From assembly GCA_039811145.1 (NCBI GenBank), contig JBDHYB010000016.1, forward strand, positions 1,274 to 65,273: 64,000 bases of DNA, in the 5' to 3' direction. The translations under genes were made by a program, and so were the position numbers. How positions within the stretch are numbered: position 1 is the stretch's first letter; each line of letters starts with the position of its first letter. The notes beneath the pieces were generated by a model. That model was not told the DNA's origin and made no database searches. It saw only the letters and a program-made list of their open reading frames with translations. Below are positions 10,212-17,507 of the stretch, in pieces. Origin of the DNA: Chitinophagales bacterium (lineage in GTDB: Bacteria; Bacteroidota; Bacteroidia; Chitinophagales; LD1).

Positions 10212-10983
10212 GCGCTGTCTTTTTAAAACTGTTCTCTGCCTCCTCAATGGCCCTTGCAAAAAGCTCAGGGGCATGCGTCCATTTTTGTTTCAAATCATCT
10301 CCGCCTGTAACAAAGTATAAGGGCTCAATCTGTTCAACCCAGTGCGGGGGTAACTCATAGTGTACGTAGCGCGAGTGGAAATTCCAATGGTAAGGGCAAT
10401 GCGCTATACGCACCGCTTCAATGATGGGCTGCACCGTAAAACCCAGGTAAAAGTTAAACGCCTCAATAAAGTTGTTGCGCTTAAGTTCCTTTTCAATCAA
10501 TACCTGAAATATTTCGAAACGTGTTTTAAGGAGAGGGATGCGCTCCTCCAGTTTTTTAAAAAGTGCAGCGCTGTCGGCATGCACATCCTGCACAATCCCT
10601 TTGCGGTCAAAGTGCACAATGGCATCGCCATGTATTTCCTTTTCTAGAAACTTGCTTTTGGAGGAGGTTCTTATTACTGCATAGTCTAACAGCAAAAACG
10701 GACTGGCGCCTTTTAAGCGGAAAAATGTTTGTGTAACGCCCGGCCAAACCGAAGGTATGACGGGGAACTTCAGTTCTATACCGAATGTTTCCTGCAGAAA
10801 GTTTTCGGTGCGCCACATAACATCATCTACAAAGTCGTCTTCAACATCCGCCTGCAGGTCAATGTCGCTCCAGTTGTCTATTCTGCCCCATGCTGCCGAG
10901 CCCCCCTCCCACACGGCATTAACCTGTGGTATGGATTGGAGAAAATGAACCAGGGGCGATATGATTTTATCGCGTGAATGCAT
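10204..10983 (-). CDS. Nucleotidyltransferase-domain protein (Pol-beta superfamily, ANT/Lnu-like size)
   Basis: 259 aa. GGSAAWGRIDNWSDIDL fits the G[GS]-x(9-13)-D-x-D minimal nucleotidyltransferase motif. Its stop overlaps the downstream gene start by 8 nt. The substrate is unknown. Confidence 0.6.
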   Translation of the reverse strand: MHSRDKIISPLVHFLQSIPQVNAVWEGGSAAWGRIDNWSDIDLQADVEDDFVDDVMWRTENFLQETFGIELKFPVIPSVWPGVTQTFFRLKGASPFLLLDYAVIRTSSKSKFLEKEIHGDAIVHFDRKGIVQDVHADSAALFKKLEERIPLLKTRFEIFQVLIEKELKRNNFIEAFNFYLGFTVQPIIEAVRIAHCPYHWNFHSRYVHYELPPHWVEQIEPLYFVTGGDDLKQKWTHAPELFARAIEEAENSFKKTAHV

Positions 10984-11019
10984 ATTGAAATATTAAGTAG
11001 TCGTTGTAACTTTGAACAA

Positions 11020-11120
11020 GTTGCGGGGGCGGATTTCCGGAAAGAACAGTTTGCGATAACCTATTTCCTGACTTGCGTATGAAGAATCATCAGGTTTCTA
11101 TACCAGTTCCGCCCCGCAAC
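11020..11120. repeat. 101-nt element bounded by a GC-rich 13/14-nt inverted repeat
   Basis: GTTGCGGGGGCGGA (11020-11033) pairs with TCCGCCCCGCAAC (11108-11120), leaving one bulged G. There are internal hairpins: TTCCGGAA, and CCTGA...TCAGG. It lies in the 162-nt gap between two minus-strand genes. Confidence 0.6.
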
Positions 11121-11145
11121 AATATTTTATATAAGGCCAGGGGCC

Positions 11146-12282
11146 TTAGCTCACCAATTTCATAACCAAATCCAACAGCCCGTTAATCCAAAACCCACCG
11201 GGTATAAAGTGTTTTAAAGGTATGGTGCTGTAGGTAGCGCTGTTTATCAATACAAACTTCAGGGTCCACCACATCATAATGCCTGCGCCTCCTGTAACTA
11301 AAATGGCGGAGAGAATAGAGTTGAGATCTAACCGCATTTTTATTGTACAGCGCTCGTAATTTTGGCTGGGTAGCTCATCCGATATTTTGAAGCCAACATC
11401 TTCGTAAAGCTTCAGGGCTTTTTCCAGTTTGCGGCTGGTGTCCAGCTCCAGGAAGGTAGCCTTCTGTTCGCGGGCAAACCCTATGGCTTTTTCCAGCAGC
11501 ATACGCCCTACCCCTTTGCTTTGGTACTGCTCTGCCACGGCCATCTTCATTATTTCGTAGCCGTGCTCGCCTTCTTTTCTTACGGCAACGGTGCCTATTA
11601 CTTCGTCTTTATATTCTGCAAAAAATATTTCGCCACCGTGGTTAAGCACCTCTTTGGTGGGGTTGCTTAGCACCCGCTCATCTATGGGTTCCACACTAAA
11701 GTATTTCTTAAGCCATTCCTCGTTAAGGGTTTTGAAGTACTGCTTTAAGCGGGGTTGGTAGTTCACAATACGCACATCTCTTCTGAACACCTCGTTCAGC
11801 CTTTCGTTAACGCGGCGGTACATGCTTTTTTCATCCAGCAGCCTTTCCATACGTTCGATGGTGCCAAGCATATCGGTGCCGCTTTCGCGCAAAAAATCGC
11901 GATTGGCCAGCTCTATTTCGTGTAAAACAGGCTCAATCTTCTCAAAGGTCTTTCTACCCTTTTCGGTAAGCGTTATCATTTTTTTACGGGCATCATTCTT
12001 ATCCCTTATCTGCGTCAGCAATTTGCGCTCCTGCATTTGCTCGGCAAACTGAATTATGGCAGGGTGGGTAAGGCGCAGAAGGGTGGAAAGCTCTACCACA
12101 CTCATGGTTTGGTTGTGGTAAAGCGCATACAGCATAGTAAACCATTTGGGTTCAAACTCCACTTCCATTTCGCGGTAAACACGGCCTACATCAGCCTGTA
12201 AATTCTCAGCCAAACGCTTTAAACGGGTGGCAAAAGCCAGCTCTCCTAAATGCTTCACTAAGTCTGTTCCTGTCTTGCTCAT
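11146..12282 (-). CDS. MarR-type HTH / GNAT N-acetyltransferase fusion protein with an extra hydrophobic C-terminal tail
   Basis: 378 aa. The N-terminal part is a winged-helix MarR-like region (MSVVELSTLLRLTHPAIIQFAEQMQERKLL...ITLTEKGRK). The central GNAT core has the acetyl-CoA motif (MAVAEQYQSKGVGRMLLEKAIGFA). The last ~58 aa are hydrophobic (ILSAILVTGGAGIMMWWTLKFVLI...GGFWINGLLDLVMKLVS). Confidence 0.75.
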   Translation of the reverse strand: MSKTGTDLVKHLGELAFATRLKRLAENLQADVGRVYREMEVEFEPKWFTMLYALYHNQTMSVVELSTLLRLTHPAIIQFAEQMQERKLLTQIRDKNDARKKMITLTEKGRKTFEKIEPVLHEIELANRDFLRESGTDMLGTIERMERLLDEKSMYRRVNERLNEVFRRDVRIVNYQPRLKQYFKTLNEEWLKKYFSVEPIDERVLSNPTKEVLNHGGEIFFAEYKDEVIGTVAVRKEGEHGYEIMKMAVAEQYQSKGVGRMLLEKAIGFAREQKATFLELDTSRKLEKALKLYEDVGFKISDELPSQNYERCTIKMRLDLNSILSAILVTGGAGIMMWWTLKFVLINSATYSTIPLKHFIPGGFWINGLLDLVMKLVS

Positions 12283-12377
12283 AATGTGAATATAAAAGCA
12301 ATTATGTAAGTGGTTACGTTTTTTCTGTAATTTTTTTGTTAAGAGGGATTTTGACGGGAAAAACTATATTGCATTTT

Positions 12378-13709
12378 ATGGAACTGGAACGCATACCCCG
12401 CTCAAAGCTTATCGCTTATGGCTTCGGTATTTTCGGTTGGAGCCTTTCGCTCAATATTATAAGCACCCTGCTTAGCTACATTTATTTACCGCCAATTGAC
12501 GATACCACCCAGTTAAGGAACCTGGTGCCTCAAACTACGGTGCTGGGGGTGTTTAATATCATAGCCCTGGTAATGGCCGGGGGCCGCCTGTTGGATGCCG
12601 TTATTGACCCCTTAATAGCTAACTGGAGCGACCGCCTGAAGCACGGCCTGGGCCGCCGCATACCTTTTATGCGTGTAAGCCCGGTGTTTATCGCTATTTT
12701 CTGTTCGCTTATGTTTTTGCCACCGTTGTTGAACCAAAGTGTAGAGAATATTAAGTGGTTGGCAATGGTGCAGGTAGGCTATTACTTCTTTTTCGGCCTG
12801 TATGTAATACCTTATAATGCTTTGCTTGCTGAGCTTGGGCATTACCCCAATGGTAAAATGGAGTTAAGCACCGCACAAAGCGCAGGCTTTATGCTGGGGA
12901 TGGTATTTGCCAGCACAGTACCCGCATTTGTAGGCGCCATTGAGTTTTTGCATTGGCCCGAGCTAAAGCTTTACCAGTTTGCCATTATTGTTTACAATGT
13001 TGTAGGGGCCATTTGTATGCTGATACCCGCTTTTGCTATAAGCGAGAAAAAATACTGTAAGCCCGGCACTGCTTCGGAGCCGGTGTTCCGGTCATTAAAA
13101 ACTGCCCTTGCGGTAAAAAACTTCAGGGTGTTTGCTTTTGCCGATGCCAGCTTTTTTATGGGCGCTGCCCTTATTAGCGCCGGTTTAATGTATTATGTAA
13201 CCGCGCTGTTGCGCTTACCAAAAGAAAGTGGCGCAGCGTTTATGGCACTGAGCGTGATAGTTACTTTGTTTATGTACCCGGTGGTTAACCGGCTGGAAAA
13301 AAAGTACAGCAAAAAGAAGATGATAATAATGGCTTTTATAGCCCTTTCAACCGTGTTTTTCGGCATTTACAATGCCGGCCGATGGCCGATACATGCTGTT
13401 ATACAATGCGCCTTGCTGATGATACTCTTTGGCACTTTCGATTCTTTTCTCGGTATTCTACCAAACACGGTGGTGGCCGACATATCAGATGCAGAAACGC
13501 GCCGCACCGGCGAGAATAAGGAAGGGATGTTTTTTGGTATGCGGGCATTTTTCCAAAAATTAGGGCAAACACTGGGTGTAATGCTTTTTATGATGCTTAC
13601 GTTATATGGCAAGGATGTGAATGATGACCTGGGCCTGCGCCTGAGCGGTATAGCCGGCGGAGTGCTTTGTTTGGTTGCTGCTGCTGTTTATACACAATAT
13701 AAAGAGTAA
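12378..13709 (+). CDS. MFS transporter, glycoside-pentoside-hexuronide (GPH):cation symporter-like
   Basis: Multi-pass membrane protein. GPH-type signature RLLDAVIDPLIANWSDR after TM2. The track ORF starts at a TTG (12336). The ATG at 12378 (MELERIPRSKLIAYGFG) is more plausible. Confidence 0.8.
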   Translation: MELERIPRSKLIAYGFGIFGWSLSLNIISTLLSYIYLPPIDDTTQLRNLVPQTTVLGVFNIIALVMAGGRLLDAVIDPLIANWSDRLKHGLGRRIPFMRVSPVFIAIFCSLMFLPPLLNQSVENIKWLAMVQVGYYFFFGLYVIPYNALLAELGHYPNGKMELSTAQSAGFMLGMVFASTVPAFVGAIEFLHWPELKLYQFAIIVYNVVGAICMLIPAFAISEKKYCKPGTASEPVFRSLKTALAVKNFRVFAFADASFFMGAALISAGLMYYVTALLRLPKESGAAFMALSVIVTLFMYPVVNRLEKKYSKKKMIIMAFIALSTVFFGIYNAGRWPIHAVIQCALLMILFGTFDSFLGILPNTVVADISDAETRRTGENKEGMFFGMRAFFQKLGQTLGVMLFMMLTLYGKDVNDDLGLRLSGIAGGVLCLVAAAVYTQYKE

Positions 13710-13778
13710 GGAAAAGCACTTTTTTGAAATAATAGCCCCGGCCTTTCGTCTGTTTTCTATTAAAATTATTTTCGCACG

Positions 13779-14549
13779 ATGGATTTTAGTTTTTCGGTAT
13801 TTACCTCGCTTAACGCCTGGATCAGTTTGTTGACCCTTTCTTTTCTTGAAATAGTTCTTGGGGTAGATAACATCATATTCATTTCCTTAACAGCTGCCAA
13901 GCTGCCTGCAGAACAACGGCCCAGGGCCCGCATGTTAGGGCTTTCGTTAGCTCTTGTAACCAGGCTTTTGCTGTTATCTGTTATTGGTTTTGTAATAGGC
14001 TTAAAGGCTACCCTGTTTCACTTGCCTTTGCGCACGGTATTTGAAGCGCTGCAGGTAGAGAATATTGATGAGGCACTGGCAATTTCCGGCCGTGATTTGA
14101 TTTTGATTGTGGGCGGCTTTTTCCTGCTGGCAAAATCAACTACCGAGATACACGGCAAAGTAGGCGGCAAGCATGATGATGCTAACGTTAAAGCCGGCAA
14201 AGGGGCTTTTTGGTCAATTATTATGCAGATTGTATTTATTGATATTGTTTTCTCTTTCGACTCTATACTTACTGCGGTTGGTTTAACGCCCCATGTAATT
14301 GTAATGATGGCTGCTGTAGTAGTATCCATTATTGTTATGATGTTGTTCTCAGGGGCCATCTCTAACTTTATTAATAAGTACCCTACGCTGCAAATACTTG
14401 CACTTTCCTTCCTTATTATGATTGGGCTTTCGTTGGTATTGGAAGGTTTTGAGGTGCATGTAAACAAAGCCTTCGTTTACATTTCGGTATTGTTCTCGCT
14501 TTTTGTAGAGTTTCTCAACATCCGCTTTAGAAAGAACGTAAAGGACTAA
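13779..14549 (+). CDS. TerC-family integral membrane protein
   Basis: 256 aa with about 7 TM segments. It has the conserved TerC motif LEIVLGVDNIIFISL and a second half-repeat (IDIVFSFDSILTAVG). Confidence 0.85.
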   Translation: MDFSFSVFTSLNAWISLLTLSFLEIVLGVDNIIFISLTAAKLPAEQRPRARMLGLSLALVTRLLLLSVIGFVIGLKATLFHLPLRTVFEALQVENIDEALAISGRDLILIVGGFFLLAKSTTEIHGKVGGKHDDANVKAGKGAFWSIIMQIVFIDIVFSFDSILTAVGLTPHVIVMMAAVVVSIIVMMLFSGAISNFINKYPTLQILALSFLIMIGLSLVLEGFEVHVNKAFVYISVLFSLFVEFLNIRFRKNVKD

Positions 14550-14552
14550 AAC

Positions 14553-14641
14553 GGGCCTTGTTAAAAGGAACCGATAAAACAATGTAAACATTGCCGCGGC
14601 TGGCTATCTTCGTTGCCTTGCGCCATTGTGTAACAAGGGCC
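14553..14641 (+). repeat. 11-bp inverted repeat enclosing 67 nt, followed by a T-rich tract; possible complex terminator or leader structure
   Basis: GGGCCTTGTTA (14553-14563) pairs with TAACAAGGGCC (14631-14641), followed by TTTTGTTTGTT and then the ATG at 14653. Inner hairpin CAATG-TAAA-CATTG and the palindrome GCCGCGGC. Confidence 0.5.
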
Positions 14642-14652
14642 TTTTGTTTGTT

Positions 14653-16770
14653 ATGACCGGAGATGAGATAAGGGAGCTTTGCATCAATTCCTCTAAAATT
14701 TACTACGACTACCTGGCAAAAACCGGTAAGGGTTTGCACGAGGTAGATGTGTGGCAGGTGGAGGTATTGGACCGTGTACAACGCATCGTTAGCCTGCGCC
14801 TCTCCAAAAAAATATTTGACGCAGAAACCATCTTCTTTCAATTTGAAGGAGATGAGCAGAAATACAATACCGAGCAGGTAAAAGTGTTGGAGTATGATGT
14901 GGACCGCAACATTTTATACGTTGAGCCCAACAGCGAATTGTTTCAGCGTTTTTCACGCATACGCGCGGCTGAGGTGAAAGTTATTTCTGACATGAAGTTT
15001 TTAGTGGATAGGGTGCGCAATTGGTACGAACAAAGGGGTAAGGATCTTATGTTGCCTACGCGTGCATCCGCTCTAGACAAAAAGCTGGTAACTACGGACC
15101 TTTTCGGCAAGGCCAAACCAAGCCAGGATCAGCTTAATGCTATACGCACGGTACTCACTAAGCCGTTTAGTTACATATGGGGCGCGCCCGGTACAGGTAA
15201 AACGCAGTTAGTGCTGGCCAATGTGGTTAATCAATACGTTAAGCAAGGCAAACGCTGTGCTATACTGGCGCCAACCAATACGGCGCTCGAACAGGTAATG
15301 AAAGGTGTACTGCGCGTAAGTGATGAGGTAGGCATACCACGCGAAAAGTTTTTGCGCCTGGGCCACACCTCTAAATGGTTTGCTGAACGCTACCCTGAAG
15401 TGTGCGAAACTTTAGGCATAGCCACCCAGCGCATGCAAATTGAAAAGCAAATTAAGGTTGTGCGTAGCGTGCTTAAGAAGGAGAAATCAGCAGAAGACCG
15501 CACCATAGAATTGCTGGAAGAAGCAGTTGGTAAGCTTGACCGGCTAAAGGATTTGCTGGAAACCTCCTCCACACAGTTGAAGAGTCAAAAACTGATGAAG
15601 CAATTGCTAAAGGAAGCAAAGGCTGGAATAGCTGCTCATCCGCTTACCAAAATGCTGAATGAATCTTTAGATTTTGAGAGTATTGAGCCAAGCATAAAAT
15701 ACCTGCGCGATTTTATTGAGAAACAAAAGCAGGCCGAAGCAGTGTTGCAGGCCCGCGCCCGTGAGTATGAAACCATGCAGGAGAGCGACCTGAAGCTTAC
15801 GCTTGACCAATTGGAGCAATCGCGCGATAAAATGAAGGGCAGTAACGAACGCGCCAAAAGGGCGCTGGTGGTGGCTGCCACCTTAGATTGCTACATCAAC
15901 CGGTTTATAGAAGATGAATTGCTGGTAGATCATTTCTTTTTAGATGAGGCAGGATATGCCAATGCTATTAAAGCCATGGTTTTAATGAAGGGCGATGTGC
16001 CTGTTACTTTTTTGGGCGACCACCTACAGTTGCCACCCGTTTGTGAAATGAACGATATGGACATGATGCAGGACCCCATGCAGCGCGATGCTTTTGTTTG
16101 GGGTAAGAGTGCAATTTACCTGCCGCGCCTTTTTGACCAGGGTAGTGATGAAGCTGCAGAATCGTATTTTGCTAATGAAGAACAGCTGAGCAAAAATATT
16201 TTCAGGGCAGATTTGCGCTACACGCACCGCTTTGGCGATAACCTTGCCAATGTGCTTAACGACTTTGTTTATAAAAACGGTTTTGCATCGGATAGCGGTA
16301 AGGGCGAAACCGAAATTTACTTTGTGCATGTGGATACGCCCAATCCCCAAATGAAGGATGAACGCAACAAGGCACTTAGGGAAAGTAGTTTGGAGGCAGA
16401 AGCCATACGGCAATTTATACAGGTAAACGGCCTTGCCGATTATGCCATATTAACACCTTATATCAACCAGGTTAAACTGTTGGGCAAACTTTTACCGCGC
16501 GACAGGAATGAGGGAAGAATAATGACCGTACACGGCGCACAGGGCAAAGAGTGGGAAAATGTTTTGCTAAGCGTGGTGGATACCGACCGCAAATGGTTTA
16601 CTGATTCTATGATTGCAAAATCGCGGGGCTTGCATTTGTTGAATACCGCCGTAAGCCGCGCTCAAAGAAGGCTGATAATTTTCTGCAACAGTAACTACTG
16701 GAAAAAGCAAAATGGCCAATTGATAAAAGGCCTGCTGGATGTAGCGCAACCCTGGCCGCTGCTTAATTAG
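14653..16770 (+). CDS. Superfamily 1B (Upf1/DNA2-like, AAA_11/AAA_12) helicase with a coiled-coil insertion
   Basis: Walker A GAPGTGKTQ, motif II FFLDEAGYA, GDHLQLPPV (motif III), YTHRFG, VHGAQGKEWENVLLS and NTAVSRAQRRLIIF (motifs V/VI). A K/E/L-rich insertion of about 140 aa lies between motifs Ia and II. The track ORF begins at a TTG (14626). I prefer the ATG at 14653. Confidence 0.8.
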   Translation: MTGDEIRELCINSSKIYYDYLAKTGKGLHEVDVWQVEVLDRVQRIVSLRLSKKIFDAETIFFQFEGDEQKYNTEQVKVLEYDVDRNILYVEPNSELFQRFSRIRAAEVKVISDMKFLVDRVRNWYEQRGKDLMLPTRASALDKKLVTTDLFGKAKPSQDQLNAIRTVLTKPFSYIWGAPGTGKTQLVLANVVNQYVKQGKRCAILAPTNTALEQVMKGVLRVSDEVGIPREKFLRLGHTSKWFAERYPEVCETLGIATQRMQIEKQIKVVRSVLKKEKSAEDRTIELLEEAVGKLDRLKDLLETSSTQLKSQKLMKQLLKEAKAGIAAHPLTKMLNESLDFESIEPSIKYLRDFIEKQKQAEAVLQARAREYETMQESDLKLTLDQLEQSRDKMKGSNERAKRALVVAATLDCYINRFIEDELLVDHFFLDEAGYANAIKAMVLMKGDVPVTFLGDHLQLPPVCEMNDMDMMQDPMQRDAFVWGKSAIYLPRLFDQGSDEAAESYFANEEQLSKNIFRADLRYTHRFGDNLANVLNDFVYKNGFASDSGKGETEIYFVHVDTPNPQMKDERNKALRESSLEAEAIRQFIQVNGLADYAILTPYINQVKLLGKLLPRDRNEGRIMTVHGAQGKEWENVLLSVVDTDRKWFTDSMIAKSRGLHLLNTAVSRAQRRLIIFCNSNYWKKQNGQLIKGLLDVAQPWPLLN

Positions 16771-16774
16771 CGGA

Positions 16775-16806
16775 ATAAAAAAAGACCGCTGAGCGGCCTT
16801 TTTCAC
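16775..16806. terminator. Probable bidirectional intrinsic terminator
   Basis: AAAAAAAGACCGC-TGA-GCGGCCTTTTT lies between convergent genes. GC stem with one mismatch, flanked by an A-run and a T-run. Confidence 0.6.
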
Positions 16807-16830
16807 GTTTGGCTATGAAATTCCGTCATC

Positions 16831-17238
16831 CTACTGTGCTGCGAGCAACACAGCAGGATATGCTCTTACTATACCATCTTTAGTAACTGTTTTAAGACGA
16901 TAAAAAACATCTTTAGTTGCAGGAAAGGGGAACCTGTCCACCTTTACTATTTTGCCGTCCGTAGCTTTTTCGTCAGCGCAAGTAATGTATTTACACTGGC
17001 CGAAATAATTCGGGTTATCGGCGCTCCTTTCAACAATAATATGGTCATATTGTGTAATATCTTTTACTGATAAATTTAATACCACTTCGGTTTTGTTCCG
17101 TTCCACCAGTAAACCTACTTCTTCGTCAGCCGAAGTATTGGTAGACGGGCCGTTAGGGTTGCCGGCTAAAACTGCTGATGGGCCGGCTAAAAAAAAGATG
17201 AATAGTAACAGAAGTGTCCTCATTGTATATGTCCTCAT
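16831..17238 (-). CDS. Small secreted hypothetical protein
   Basis: The ORF extends to 17274. The signal peptide MRTYTMRTLLLLFIFFLAGPSAVLA suggests a start at 17238 or 17223. No family recognised. Confidence 0.55.
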   Translation of the reverse strand: MRTYTMRTLLLLFIFFLAGPSAVLAGNPNGPSTNTSADEEVGLLVERNKTEVVLNLSVKDITQYDHIIVERSADNPNYFGQCKYITCADEKATDGKIVKVDRFPFPATKDVFYRLKTVTKDGIVRAYPAVLLAAQ

Positions 17239-17428
17239 ATTACCATTACGGGGGTAGGATGAAAATTGTTTCAAACGCGGTGTTAAATGACAGTGTCACG
17301 TAAGTGTCATAACCAAAGGGTTAGGTGCTTCCTTACAATTGCATGACAAATATTTGAAGGATGAAAAATACATTTGACCTACCAACGCAAATTCAAACTT
17401 ATACATAGTGAGAACCTGCGGAAACACC

Positions 17429-17471
17429 AGGCCCCGCCTTGAGAGCTTGTTTCAGGGTTGGGGCCTTTTTA
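17429..17471 (+). terminator. Strong plus-strand intrinsic-terminator-like hairpin inside a divergent promoter region (possible attenuator or sRNA 3' end)
   Basis: AGGCCCCGCCTTGA (17429-17442) pairs with TCAGGGTTGGGGCCT (17452-17466): about 14 bp including 2 G-U pairs, with a 9-nt loop. It is followed by TTTTT. The reverse strand has no T-tail. There is no upstream plus-strand gene. The ATG of the next gene is 37 nt downstream. Confidence 0.6.
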
Positions 17472-17507
17472 TGCGATACCAATCAGTTAATTATAAAACC
17501 TGCGATT

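Noticed and set aside
7707-10274. Extended N-termini offered by the ORF track for several genes (7707-10274, 19224-21056, 33803-34651, 48879-49829, 49690-50268, 50420-52090, 53973-55619)
   Set aside because: In each case an internal Met gives a canonical signal peptide or the conserved family N-terminus and removes overlap with the neighbouring gene. The extensions have non-protein-like composition.
11020-11120. SRP (4.5S) RNA, suggested by the UCCGGAAAGAACAG segment and a closing long stem
   Set aside because: The GGAA-containing segment is near the 5' end of the element rather than at the apex of the hairpin. The conserved symmetric-loop sequences (AGGUCAGG / AGCA) are absent on both strands.
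13710-13778. yybP-ykoY (manganese) riboswitch upstream of the TerC-family gene
   Set aside because: TerC genes often carry this riboswitch. Here the intergenic region is only 69 nt, and I see none of the conserved four-way-junction core sequences.
14653-16770. Helicase as part of a Mokosh, Hachiman or restriction-type defence system
   Set aside because: No PLD or other nuclease, methyltransferase or partner ORF is in the same transcription unit. The neighbours are a TerC membrane protein and a convergent small secreted protein beyond a bidirectional terminator.
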